Shown here piece after piece: positions 51,006 through 64,000 of a stretch of 64,000 nucleotides of DNA. Below the pieces are notes generated by a model. The model was given only the letters and a program-made list of their open reading frames with translations. It was not told the origin of the DNA and did not search any database. Where the stretch lies: NCBI GenBank assembly GCA_038087875.1, contig CM075978.1, positions 100,626,001-100,690,000 on the forward strand, written 5' to 3'. The stretch comes from Malacoraja senta (lineage: Eukaryota). The translations under genes were made by a program, and so were the position numbers. Numbering within the stretch: position 1 is the first letter of the stretch; each line of letters starts with the position of its first letter.

Positions 51006-51513
51006 GTGCAGTTTCATACCATTTCAAGCAGGGTGCAAAGCCACCAAATTCAAGTGCAGTTTCGTGCCATTTCAAGCAGGGAGCAAGGCCACCAAATTCA
51101 AGTGCAATTTCATGTCATTTCAAGCAGGGTGCAAGACCACCAAACTCATGTGCAGTTTCATACCATTTCAAGCAGGGTGCAAGGCCACCAAACTCGTGCA
51201 GTTTCATACCATTTGAAGCAGGGTGCAAGGCCACCAAACTCAAGTGCAGTTTCATACCACTTCAAGCAGGGTGCAAGGCCACCAAATTCAAGTGCAGTTT
51301 CATACCACTTCAAGCAGGGTGCGAGGCCACCAAATTCAAATGCAGTTTCATCCTATTTCATGCAGGGTGCAAGGCCACCAAATTCAAATGCAGTTTCATA
51401 CCATTTCAAGCAGGGTGCAAGGCCACCAAATTCAAGTGCAGTTTCCTACCATTTCATGCAGGGTGCAAGGCTACCAAATTCAAATGCAGTTTCATACCAT
51501 TGCAAGCAGGGTG
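51006..51513 (+). repeat. 48-bp minisatellite, about 10.6 copies
   Basis: Unit gtgcagtttcataccatttcaagcagggtgcaaggccaccaaattcaa; the fourth unit is 46 bp. Confidence 0.95.
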
Positions 51514-51873
51514 AAACCACCATAAAACCACAAAACACAACAAAACCACATAAAACCACACACAGTGCAGTAGACATTCAGTGTGTGAAGTTGATTCACA
51601 GCTCAGACGAGTTGTGACCTCTCCCTCCCCATCTTGCAGAGACAGAGCCACGCCCACACTTCCGGGTTTATAGCCCATCCCCCCCACCGGAAGGGGCGTG
51701 GCCTTCATGGCGTGATTGACAGGAGAGAGAATCTCAACATTTTTTAAACACAAATAACTTTCATTTTTCACCGATAGGAAAAATCCTCTGCACCTGATGA
51801 GCGGAGGGAAACTCTGAGTAAGATGGCCAACAATCACAGCCAAAAGTGGTAGCGTTTTTTCTAAAATCAATAT

Positions 51874-52936
51874 TTGGCCCCAATAAAATCAATAAAATGG
51901 CCCCATATTCTTCTCCCTGTATATGCTCTCCTTATGCCAAGTCATTGAAAGGCACAGCATTTCCTTCCATTGCTACGCAGACGATACACAACTCTATCTC
52001 CCCCTGAAGGCCAAAAACCAATCAAATCTGCTTAATCTTACACGCTGCCTCGAGGATATAAAGTGTTGGATGGCCCAGAACTTCCTCCAACTAAACGAGA
52101 GTAAGTCTGAGGTCATCTTCCTCGGCCCCTCGGACTCAATCAAAATGATAGCAGGCAGCCTTAGAAGCCTTACCCCACTACTCAAACCTCACGTCAAAAA
52201 CCTTGGCATGATATTTGACTCAGCACTGAAATTTGACAAACAAGTCGATGCCGTGGTAAAATCTAGCTTCTTTCAGCTTCGGACGATAGCTAAAATAAAA
52301 CAATTCCTCCAGTTTGATGACCTCGAAAAGATCATCCACACATTTATCTCCTCCTGCCTAGATTACTGCAACTCCCTTTACACTGGCATCAGCCAATCAT
52401 CCCTGTCCCGCCTGCAACTGGTCCAAAACACCGCAGCGAGACTCCTGACGGGCACCCGAAAAAGGGACCACATCACCCCGATCCTGGCCTCTCTCCACTG
52501 GCTCCCTGTGCGGTTCCGTATACATTTCAAGATCCTCCTCTATGTCTACAAAGCCCTCAATGGGCTTGCCCCCACCTACATTAAAAGTCTTCTCACCCAC
52601 CACTCCACCTCCAGGTCCCTCAGATCGTGCGACTTGGGGTTGCTGAATATCCCACGGTCTAGGCATAAGCTCAGGGGCGACCGCGCCTTTGCGGTTGCAG
52701 CTCCTAGACTGTGGAACAGCATCCCCCTTCCCATCAGAACTGCCCCCTCCATCGACTCCTTTAAGTCAAGACTAAAAACGTATCTATACTCCCAAGCCTT
52801 TCTTGACGTCCTCTGAGCGAGGGCTATATGTATATATGTATGTAGTTTGTTTGTTTATATTATTCTTATAACAAATGTAAAGCACTTTGGCCAACGAGTT
52901 GTTTTTTAAATGTGCTATATAAATAAATGTGACTTG
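51874..52936 (+). mobile_element. L2-clade LINE, 5'-truncated, with open RT C-terminal ORF (51923-52816)
   Basis: CYADDTQLY, LNESKSEV and RDHITPILASLHWLP; aatat duplicated at 51869-51873 and 52937-52941. Confidence 0.9.
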
Positions 52937-54344
52937 AATATACAGTGCAAGCAGGAAGTGGTCAAGTTTAGACTTTTAATTATATAGATGCCACATAAAT
53001 GCTCCTCTACTCTCCTGGTGTTCACCAACCACAGTCTTACTTCCTCACACTGAGGTCTCGCTGGCAACAGCCTGCAGTTCCTCTCAGCCCAAAGTCTACA
53101 ACCTCTGTCGAGTGGGTGACTGTCAAAATCCCTTTGCACAGCTCAACCACCTCCACACTTGCCACCATGGACCAAACAGTGAATATCCTGCACACTATCC
53201 CGTGTTATACAAAGAATGGGACCAGGAGTGACTGCAGATGGTGGAATTGTGAACAAAAATCAAAGTGCAGGAGGAACTCAGTTGGTCAGGCAGCATCTGT
53301 GGAGGTAAATGAACAGACGACATTTCAGGTCGGGCCCCTTCCTCAGACTGATGGAGTAGGGGGAAGGAAGCTGAAAATCAGACGTAGGGGTGGGGCAAAG
53401 CCTGGCAGGTGATAGGTGGATAAAGTTTCCTTCAGTTTAGCTTAGTTTAGTTTAGTTTAGTTTATTGTCACATGTACCAAAGTACAGTGAACATTTGAGG
53501 GGGGTTGATCGGCAGATGGGTGGAGTACATGACAAAGACCAGAGGTGAAAAGCAGACAATGGGTGTTACATAAGGAAAGAATAGGAGTGAAATGTAATGA
53601 CGGAGGTGGGAAAAAGTGTGGCAACTGGGAATCGGGGTAGGGAGAGCAGGGTATGGGGATTTCTTTGTTGTAATTGGAGAATTGTAGGGTTAGTTTGAAG
53701 GCTACCAATGCAGAAAATAAGATACCATTCCTCCAGTTTGATTGTGGCCTCTCTCTAGCAGTAGAGGTCAGAACAGAAAGGTCAGAATGGGATTGGGAAG
53801 GAAAGTTAAAATGACCAACAATGAGCTCTAGCAGGCCTTGGCGGACAGAGCGCAAGTGTTTGGGGAAATGGTCGCCTGGTCTATGCTTGGCCTCCCTGAT
53901 GCGGAGGAGGCCCCATCAAGGCTATGGCACATATTGGCAACAGACATATACACATCGTATGGTTTATAGTCGCTTGCTGTCCCACTGGGTTCCTCTCTCT
54001 CCCACTAGGAGTATCTCCCTCGTGAGTAATTGTTCACTATCTCTGACCTCAGTTGGTCAGGATAACTACTCTCCCACATTCTGCGTGGCTAGAAAGGGAG
54101 AGGGGGAGGGGTAGAGAGAGAGGGCAGAGACAGAGAGGGCAGAGACTGAGAGGGCAGAGAGAGTGCAGAGACAGACAGAGAGAGGGCAGTGACAGACATT
54201 TTTTGGACTCCATGGGAAAAATGTCCACGAGAAAAATATGTAAATATTTGATCGTTACCGTGACTTTTTTTGCAAAAATGTGATTACACTCAAACAAACA
54301 CGCAAACGAATACATCCACATACAAGATCAGACTTCTAATAGTT

Positions 54345-55553
54345 ACTAGGCGAAGTGGGACCCGTTGGGTCCCGTCCCCTCAAGGGGAGGGGGGATCATC
54401 ACACACACACACTAACCATCCCCACACACACACACAATAACCACCCCCCTTGCTACTATGTTAATATTATTCATTCGCTCCTTTTACCCCATCCTCCGCC
54501 CAATCCATTCAAGCATNNNNNNNNNNNNNNNNNNNNNNNNNNNNNNNNNNNNNNNNNNNNNNNNNNNNNNNNNNNNNNNNNNNNNNNNNNNNNNNNNNNN
54601 NNNNNNNNNNNNNNNNNNNNNNNNNNNNNNNNNNNNNNNNNNNNNNNNNNNNNNNGCCCTCCCCACCCCTCAAACTCTACCCACCTCCCTTTCTCCCCCT
54701 CCCTCTCTCCCCTCTCTCTGCCCCACTTGATATTATATTAATATTATTCATTCACTCCTTTTACCCCTCCCCCGCCCTATCCATTCACACATGGGCCCTA
54801 AATCACAGGCGTGGCTAGAGAGAGAGTGAGAGGCCAGAGGCAGAGAGAGGGCAGAGAGGCAGAGAGAGGTCAGAATGAGGGCAGAGAGAGGGCAGAGAGG
54901 CAGAGGGATGGCAGTGAGGGGGCAGAGACGGTGGGGGGCAGAGGGAGGGCAGAAAGGGAAGGGGAACTGAGAGGGCAGAGAGGGAGGGGGGAGAGAGAGG
55001 GCAGAGACGGGAGCCAGAGAGAGGGCAGAGGGAAGGGTGGGGCAGAGAGAGGGGAGAGAGGGAGGGGGAGAAAGGGAGGTGGGTAGAGTTTGAGGGGTGG
55101 GGAGGGCGCAGTGTTACAGGGTAGGGCTGGTTCCTGAATGCAATACTCCCTCACTCCAGATCCAGACTCTGCTGCAGCCCAGGTCCAGTCGCCGGGCTCG
55201 GCGGGCGGCCAGGCGGGCGGGCATCCTGCTGCATGTCGACCAAAGGACTGCAACTTGGGCTGCCACAGTTTTCAGTACAGGGCTGACTTGCTTGTTCTTT
55301 CTGCGTCTTTTGAATAACGGGGGTTCGCTCACAGCGCGTGGAAGAACGGTGCACGGAGCAGACCCATTGTGATATCATCAGCGAAAGGCAGTCATTTTTA
55401 AATTCAAAGTTTTCTCATATTTTTAAACATTTTCAGTAATGTCGAGAAATAAAGCATGAGATTTTTGGATAAGTAGCTTTTGGACCACGGGAAAATGTCT
55501 GCCGGAATATGTAAATATTTTATCGTTACCGTGTCGATTTTTCATGAAGATGT
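54345..55553 (+). mobile_element. Non-autonomous repeat with a 5' hairpin and microsatellites (possibly Helentron-associated); its 3' end is displaced to 62869-62926 by DIRS
   Basis: Starts actagg with a gggaccc-gtt-gggtccc hairpin (54357-54373). The preceding copy ends catacaagatcagacttctaatagt directly before it, and the same 3' motif reappears right after the DIRS. Confidence 0.5.
54517..54655. other. Assembly gap (139 N)
   Basis: Run of n. Confidence 1.
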
Positions 55554-58500
55554 AATTTTACTTCGGAATCACGTGAGTGATTCCGTGAAGAACCCGCCAG
55601 TCCGCATGCGTGTCATTACGTCTGACGCATTGCGCAGCGACCAGCTGGGAGGAGCAGAGCTCCTTAAGCGGTAAGTTTTAAAAACCCTCAGGTAAGTCTA
55701 AAACTTAGTCGGAGGTCGTTTTCTGCGCTTGGTAATTCTTGTTTCAGGAGCGAGTTCAAGTATGGAGAAAGCGTCGAGGGTGAAGTCTAGGCGAGCCGCC
55801 GGGAAAGTAGCTCTGGAAGCCCGCGGGAGTGCGGGTAGCGGGCGGCCGCCTAGCTCACCTACTGAGTCGCTAGCGGTACGACCAGCGATTGCAGACTTGG
55901 TCTGAGAGCACTGTGGCTGCACCTTTGGTTCGCAAAGCCACTAAAAAGACTGCACAGCCAGTGGACTCGGATGAGTCGGGCCGGGAGGATTCCCCTCCGG
56001 TAAGGGATAACATTTTTGGTCGGTTGTCACGGATGGAGCTCCTTATGAAGAGGATGCTCCACCAAGATACACTCCAACAGGAGGAGTTGTGTCAGCGCCG
56101 GCCTCTTCCAGAGCCCGTGCCAGCGGCACCTGTGTCAGGGCTGCTTAATGTCTCCCTCTTTGAGGAGGAGAGCATGAGGGGTCAGTATTCTGACGCTGAG
56201 TCTGTGGGTTTAGCTGTGGAGCATACCCCAAGGGATGAAGGGCACGAGTCAGAGGTACCATTCCTGGCAGTAATGTTTGCCGTCCCAACAGATTCAGGAG
56301 AACCGCTGGGTGATGAGTTGGCTGCAAGTATTAATTACTTGGCGTCATACCAGCTTCAAGAACTTACAATGGATGAAACGGCCAAAAGGTACGACACCCT
56401 GGCTAATTGTGTTCTCCTCAAAGTGCCGGTGGTGAACCATGCCATCTGGGGTCATATGGTCGTAGGAATAAGAGCTCAGGAAATGAGGCTTCAGAGGGTG
56501 CTGAAGCTGCTCGCCTCGGGCATTACAGCGTTCGCCAGGTCGGTGGATGAAGGGCACATGTCTGAAGTACAGCAGGATGCCCTGGCACTCATGTGCAATG
56601 CGCATTTCGAGATAAACTGTCTGAGGAAAAGCGCCATCCGCCCTACCATTAACCTGAAGTTCGCTGCTTTGTGTAAACCTAGCAATGTCCAGTCACCCAA
56701 TCTGCTGTTTGGTGAAGACCTAGCAAAAAGGGTCAAGGAGCTCGACGACGAGGCAAGAACGGTTGGGCTGATCAATGCACCGATGAACAGCAGATCAATT
56801 CGGCAACAGTATCCCTACCGTCAAGGACCAAGCCGGCCATTCACAAATATGCGCAGCTGGCGCACTCCATATAACCATATAACCATATAACCATTACAGC
56901 ACGGAAACAGGCCATCTCGGCCCTTCAAGTCCGTGCCGAACTTTTTTTTTTTGGTAAATAAATACACCCCCCTAGTCCCATCTACCTGCACCCAGACCAT
57001 AACCCTCCATTCTTTTCCCGTCCATATACCCATCCAATCTATTTTTAAAGGATATAATCGAACCAGCCGCCACCACTTCCACTGGAAGCTCATTCCACAC
57101 AGCTACCACTCTCTGAGTAAAGAAGTTCCCCCAAATGTTACCCCTAAACTTCTGTCCCTTAATTCTCAAGTCATGTCCCCTTGTTTGAATCTTCCCTACT
57201 CTCAATGGAAAAAGCTTATCCACGTCAACTCTGTCTAACCCGCTCATAATTTTAAAGACCTTTATCAAGTCCCCTCTTAACCTTCTGCGCTCCAAAGAAT
57301 AAAGACCTAACTTGTTCAACCTTTCTCTGTAACTTAGTTGCTGAAACCCAGGCAACATTCTAGTAAATCTCCTCTGTACTCTCTCTATTTTGTTGACATC
57401 CTTCCTATAATTAGGCGACCAAAATTGTACTCCATACTCCAGTATTGGCCTCACCAATGCCTTGTACAATTTTAACATTACATCCCAACTTCTATATTCA
57501 ATGCTCTGATTTATAAAGGCCAGCACACCAAAAGCTTTCTTTACCACCCTATCTACATGAGATTCCACCTTCAGGGAACTATGCACAGTTATTCCTAGAT
57601 CCCTCTGTTCAACTGCATTCCTCAATTCTCTACCATTTACCATGTACGTCCTATTTTGATTTGTCCTGCCGAGATGTAGTACCTCACATTTATCAGCATT
57701 AAACTCCATCTGCCATCTTTCAGCCCACTCTTCCAAATGGCCTAAATCTCTCTGTAGACTTTGAAAATCGACTTCATTATCCACCACACCACCTATCTTA
57801 GTATCATCTGCATACTTACTAATCCAATTTTCCACACCATCATCCAGATCATTGATGTACATTACAAACAACAGTGGACCCAACACAGACCCCTGAGGCA
57901 CCCCACTAGTCACCGGCCTCCAACCTGACAAACAGCCATCCACCATTACTCTCTGGCATCTCCCATTCAGCCACTGTTGAATCCATCTTGCTACTCCACC
58001 ATTAATACCCAACAATTTAATCTTCTTAACCAACCTTCCATGAGGAAACTTGTCAAAGGCCTTACTGAAGTCCATATAGACAACATCCACTGCTTTACCC
58101 TCATCAATTTCCCCAGTAACCTCTTCGAAAAATTCTAGAAGATTAGTCAAACATGATTCAATTGTTCAATATCTCCCCCATCTCTTTTGGCTCTGCAGAT
58201 AGCTGTCCACTCTGACTCTCTAATGGACCAATTTTATTCCTTGTTATCCTTCTGCTATTAATATAGCTGTAGAAACCCTTTGGATTTACTTTCACCTTAC
58301 TTGCCAAAGCAACCTCATATCTTCTTTTAGCTTTTCTAATTTATTTCTTAATATTCTTTTTACATTCTTTATACTCCTCAAGCACCTCATTTACTCCATG
58401 CTGCCTATAATTATTGTAGATCTCTCTCTTTTTCCGAACCGTGTCCAATTTCCCTTGAAATCCATGGCTCTTTCCAATTTTTACTATTTCCTTTCAACCG

Positions 58501-61500
58501 AACAGGGACATAAAGATTCTGTACTCTTAAAATTTCACCTTTAAATGTCCTCCATTTCTCTTCTACATCCTTCCCATAAAATAAAAACATGTCCCAACTC
58601 ACTCTTTTTAAATCCTTTCGCATCTCCTCAAAGTTAGCCTTTCTCCAATCAAAAATCTCAACCCTAGGTCCAGTTCTGACCCTCTCCATAATTATATTGA
58701 AACTAATGGTATTGTGATCACTGGACCCGAAGTGCTCCCCGACGCTTACCTCCGCCACCTGCCCTGTCTCATTTCCTAACAGGAGGTCCAGCACTGCCCA
58801 TTCTCTAGTAGGTACCTCTATGTATTGCTGCAAAAAACTATCCTGCACACATTTTACAAACTCCAAACCATCCAGCCCTTTTACAGAATGTGTTTCCCAG
58901 TCTATGTGTGGAAAATTGAAATCTCCCACAATCACTACCTTGTGCTTACTACTAATATCTGCTATCTCCTCACATATTTGCTCTTCCAATTCTCGCTCCC
59001 CATTTGGCGGTCTATAATACACCCCTATAAGTGTAGCTACACCTTTCCCATTTCTCAACTCCACCCAAATAGCCTCCCTAGACGAGCCCTCTAATCTATC
59101 CTGCCAAAGCACTGCTGTAATATCTTCCTTGACAAGCAATGCAACACCCCCACCTCTTGCCCCTCCAATTCTATCACCCCTGAAGCAATGAAATCCTGGA
59201 ATATTTAGTTTCCAATCACAGCCCTCCTGCAACCATGTTTCACTGATCGCCACAACATCATACTTCCAGGTGTCAATCCAGACTCTAAGCTCATCCACCT
59301 TTCTTACAATGCTCCTAGAATTAAAATATACACATTTAAGAAACCCACCACCACTTATTTTCTGTTTATTAACTTTTTCTTTCTCCCCTAGATTTTGGGT
59401 CCAACAGGGGCATGGGCGAACATGTCTTTTCCCACCAGAAGTAGGGGACAGAAAATGTCACCGGTAACCATGGAGGTAGGTGGGTCTGGTTCTTGTCAGA
59501 ACATATTAAGTATGAATCATCTACAAGTTGGGGGAAGATTACACTTGTTTCTGAAGGAATGGTATGGAATAACATCAGATTCGTTTATACTGCGCAGCAT
59601 ATAAGGGTTTCGATTTGAATTCCTTCCCAATCTGCATCCACCCACACAGCATACACCAAGTCGGGTACTAATTTTCTCACAAAAAGAGAATTTAGAGGTT
59701 CAAGCTGAAATTGGGAAATTATATAAAAAAGGGGTAATTGAGAAGGCGGTTTATCAACTTCACCAATTCGTGTCTAATATTTTTCCTAGGTCAAAGAAGG
59801 ACGGGGGTTGTCGAATCATCCTTGACTTGACGAGCCTTAATCCTTTTGTGCAGTATAAACATTTCAAAATGGAAACATTTGTTACTGCCAAACAGAGGGT
59901 GTTATATGGCATGTATAGATCTTAAGGATGCATATTACTCAGTGCCTGTTCATAGGGATTATCGGAGATATTTGAAATTTAGCGGGATGAGGCAATTATG
60001 GCAATTTAAAGCACTACCTAATGGGTTAACCTCGGCCCCTAGATTATTCACAAAACTGTTAAAACCAATACTGGTGATACTCCAGGCTCAGGATCATATT
60101 GTAATGGCTTATTTGGATGATATCTTAATCATAGGGAAAACTCGGAAAGCAGATGAATTATCGGTTTCAGTTGTTAAACTCATGTTTGAGAGTTTGGGGT
60201 TTCTCATACATCCAGCTAAATCCAAATTGACACCAGTTAGAGATATTGATTATTTGGGATTCACTATTAATTCAACTCACATGTCAGTGACTCTGCCCAG
60301 GAGCAAGAGATTAGAGTTAATTGAAAGTTGTAACAAGCTCATGGTGGAGCAGCAACCTTCAATTAGGCATGTGGCCAATTGGATTGGCAAATTAGTGGCT
60401 GCCTTTCCAGCTGCACAATATGGACCTTTGCACTACCAAAATTTACAGCGAGCAAAGGTACAGGCACTCAGGATACATGCAGGTCATTTCGACAGGCACA
60501 TGCAATTACCAGCTGAAGCCATTGCTGAAGTGCATTGGTGGATTATGAACATCTCAACGTACTCCAACAATATTCTGGTTAAGGAACCTTCAGTTGTCTT
60601 ACAGACTGATGCCAGTGCCCTAGGTTGGGGTGCTACTGATACCATATCTAGCTGTGGAGGCAGATGGTATAAGCATGAGGCATTTATTCTTCAATCACAT
60701 GGGATTAACTATTTAGAGTTATTGGGAGCATTTTATGGGCTTAAGGCTTATTGAACTACTAAGCGTCACTTGCATGTTCAGCTTCAGATTGACAACACTA
60801 CGGCAGTGGCGTATGTTAATCACATGGGTGGAATCAAGTCACAATCTTATGATAGATTGGCTAATCTTATTTGGCTGGTGCATTACAAGAAACTTTTGGG
60901 TTTCAACTAGCTACCTACCAGGTAAATTCAATATGGTGGCAGACACCAGGTCACGCAAATTCAATGACAACACAGAATGGATGTTGAATCATGAGATATT
61001 TAATGATATTGTTGTTAGGTGTGGGATGCCAGATATTGATTTGTTTGCATCCAGACTCTACCACCAGTTACCTAAGTATATTTCATGGGAACCAGACCCA
61101 GGAGCAGTAGCAGTAGATGCATTCTCGCTACACTGGGGAGGAATGTTTTTATATGCATTTCCCCCATTCTGCCTCATCAGTCGGTGCTTACTCAAGATCA
61201 AGCAGGACTCCACCTCAGGAGTGTTGGTGGTACCCGACAGGCCTACACAACCATGGTTCCCTCATCTTTTGGATATAATAACACAGCCTTTTATGGCCGT
61301 CCCAAAACGTAGTGACCTACTGGTCCACCCTGGTGGTCAACATCCATTATATGACCGTATTGATCTGTTAATTTGTAGATTCTGAGGAGGCCATACCTGG
61401 GGCTTGGACTATCCGATCGAACTGTGGATGTGATCACTGCGGCCTGGAGGGATAGTACCAAAAAACAGTACATTTCTCATGTCAGGAAATGGGAGGTGTT

Positions 61501-62868
61501 CTGCGTACGGAGGAACATTACATATCACACGGCTTGCATCTCAGATGTGCTAGAATTTCTGTCCATTCTATATTCTGATCAAGGGTTGAGCTATAGTGCC
61601 ATCAATAGTGCCAGGTGTGCCCTGTCGTCATACTTATGGCTAGGGTCGGAACAACAGTCTGTTGGATCTCACCCTTTAATATCCGGGTTTATGAAGGGTA
61701 TTTTTAATTCTAATCCCCCCAGGCCCAGGTATTCTGAAATCTGGGATGTGAGCATGGTACTCACGCTGCTTCGCCAATGCGCTCCAGCCACAGCCCTGTC
61801 TTTGCCCAAAATCACCCTTAAATTGGTCATGCTCATGGCGCTCGTTTCAGCGCAAAGGATCCAGACGTTGCAGAAGCTGCGACTGGATAGGATGGTATCG
61901 TCTGGAAATAACATTACATTTTACATTTATGATTTAATTAAGCAGAGCAGACCAGGGGTGTCAGGGTGTAAGCTTATTTTTTCGGCATACCCTTCGGATT
62001 TACGACTGTGTGTAGTGTCGTACTTGCAATATTATATCAAGGTCACCAACAGCCTCAGAGGTTCGGAGTCAGCATTATTTATTACTCACAAAAAGCCACA
62101 TATGAAAGTGTCGGTTCAGACCATTTCAACGTGGTTGAAACAGGTTTTGGTTTGTGCAGTAGACACTGACATTTTTAAATATCACTCTACCAGGGCGGCA
62201 TCAACGTCAGCAGCGAGGGCAATGGACGTCCCTCTCGACCATATCCTCGTGGCTGCAGGATGGTCAAGTGAACTAACATTTCAACAATTTTAGAACAAGC
62301 CGCTTACCGAACCGGGGGTATTCGCCCATTCTGTTTTAAGTTCTGTTTATATTCTGTTTCATAGCTTCCCCCTGGGAGAGAGGGGTCATTGTTGTTTTCT
62401 TTGTAAACTAAACCATTATCAAATTCAAATCAATGTCATGGTTCATATGAATTGGTTATTATTCTCTCATCCTGAGTCAATTGCTGCAGTGAGACGCCTG
62501 GATTCGTATCTACGGCATGAAATCACAGAGCTTTGAAATCTTCACGGAATCACTCACGTGACTCCGAAGTAAAATTGTAAGATTAAACGAGAACTTACCA
62601 GTTTGAAGTTTGATCTTTATTTTATGAGGAGTTGCGATGAGTGATTACGTGCCCACCGCTCCCAACCCTCATATCACAAAGGTCATCTGGTAGTTCTAGG
62701 TTTCTAATCTTACCATGTTACTTCAATTACTGTTATCTGTGATTTCACACCGCTGCTTTGAAGATTGATACGCATGCGGACTGGCGGGTTCTTCACGTAA
62801 TCACTCATCGCAACTCCTCATAAAATAAAGATCAAACTTCAAACTGGTAAGTTCTCGTTTAATCTTAC
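55554..62868 (+). mobile_element. Full-span DIRS1-like retrotransposon (5' ITR, gag-like ORF1, RT/RH/MT, tyrosine recombinase, ICR, 3' ITR), interrupted by CR1
   Basis: 5' ITR from 55554. ICR 62540-62651 is complementary to the start of the 5' ITR and the end of the 3' ITR. The 3' ITR (62770-62868) is inverted relative to the 5' ITR. ORFs 55889-56866, 59846-61385 and 61424-62293. Confidence 0.92.
56867..59390 (-). mobile_element. CR1 LINE nested in the end of DIRS ORF1
   Basis: EN ORF 58411-59298, RT ORF 56972-58150, (ataaccat)n tail at about 56867-56895. Confidence 0.92.
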
Positions 62869-63095
62869 TATTATACACACACACACACACACACAAATCT
62901 ACATACAAGATCAGACTTTTAATAGTAACGCCCCTGTCTGACTTAGAAAACCTGAATGGAAACCTCTGGTGACCTTGCGCCCCACCCAAGGTTTTCATGA
63001 GTCGCCATAGGTTTTGGTCACTCGCCTGGGAAGCCTCGACCGAAGCGTGAGCTGCATCTACCGACCAAAGATCCTACAGGATCTTTGCTACCGAC

Positions 63096-63133
<38 letters not shown>

Positions 63134-64000
63134 TCGCAAAGGTGGGGGCCAGGGGCAGCGGAGGAGCGCTGCCTGCGCGATGAAGAGGAAGGTAAACGGC
63201 TGCCACAGAGTCCGGTAAGTCCTTTAGAGAGCGCAGGAGGGGGGATAGAAGCGGAGAGAGAAGGGGAAGAGAAGGGAAGAGAAGGGGAGAGAGAAGGGGA
63301 GAGTAAGGGAGAGAAGGGGAGAGAATGGGGAGGGGGGGAGAAGGGGAGAGAAGGGGAGAGAAGGGCGGAGAAGGAGTGGAGACAGTTTTAAGAAGCTTAA
63401 TAAATTTAGCGGGCATTTTACCTTCCGGCGGATCTTCTAGGTCCTGAAAACTCCAATGACCCAATCAAAATGGCCGGTCAGCGAAGGAGATTGCATTCGA
63501 CTGCCTGTAAGTAAATAGCGACCCCACTCCACTGGCTTCGACCAAACGGCAACCTATTTTTAGTCGAGAATGTTTGTTGAAATAATCGAAGGAACATAGA
63601 AGAAGCATCGACCACGCGAAAACGATTTTCCTCTCTCACCCTCTCTCAACCTCTCTCCCCCTCTCTTCCCCCCTCTCTACCCCGCTCTCCCCCCTCCTTC
63701 CCTCCCCCCTCCCCATTCTCTACCCCTCTCTCTCCCACCCTCTCCACGCCCTCTCTATCTGCCTCTACCCCTCTCTCTCTGACCCTCTCTCTCTCTGCCT
63801 CTCTGTCTCTGTCTCTGCCCCTCTCTCTTAGTCTCTGCCCCCTCTCTCTCTGCCATCTCTCTCTAACCCCCCCTCCCTCTTCCTCTTTGTGCCTCTGCCC
63901 TCTCTGTGCCTCTGCGCTCTCTGTTCCTCTGTCCTCTATGTCTCTACCCCCGTCCCTGTCTAGCCGCGCCTGCGAGTTGGGGGCTATGCGTGATAGGGCG
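57266..64000 (+). repeat. Right arm of the large inverted segmental duplication (mate 8899-15660)
   Basis: Near-identical reverse complement with the same junctions; continues past the window end. Confidence 0.93.

Noticed and set aside
51006-51513. CRISPR-like array
   Set aside because: Contiguous tandem units with no unique spacers, in a vertebrate context.
50506-51617. Long Cys-rich ORFs (236, 183 and 215 aa)
   Set aside because: They are produced by a stop-free 48-bp minisatellite plus CR1 debris; no credible splice structure.

Overview
Vertebrate genomic DNA, very likely from a cartilaginous fish (skate/ray-like). That assignment is inferred from the repeat landscape: CR1 LINEs, tRNA-derived V-SINE/HE1-like SINEs, Penelope, DIRS, L2, Rex/Babar and L1. 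The window has two N gaps (15661-15860, 54517-54655) and is mostly transposable-element debris. One host gene can be assembled by hand on the + strand from exons the ORF track only partly shows: four single-exon, germline-joined V-J type Ig domains (23589-23939, 25784-26128, 27724-28071, 30745-31089), a transmembrane exon (36540-36684), two 44-nt cytoplasmic exons (37997-38040, 40076-40119) and a last exon (41554-41670). All junctions are GT-AG and all phases are compatible. The product is an uncharged-TM receptor with three tyrosine motifs (AVYSTV, VLYADI, TEYAAI), i.e. a non-rearranging, antigen-receptor-like inhibitory receptor with no RSS and no C domain. The best candidate leader exon (23342-23405) contains an in-frame TGA. 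V2 and V4 differ at 12 of 345 nt while their introns are unalignable. The gene lies between two nearly identical inverted copies of a nested repeat/DIRS/CR1 block of at least 6.7 kb (8899-15660 vs 57266-64000).
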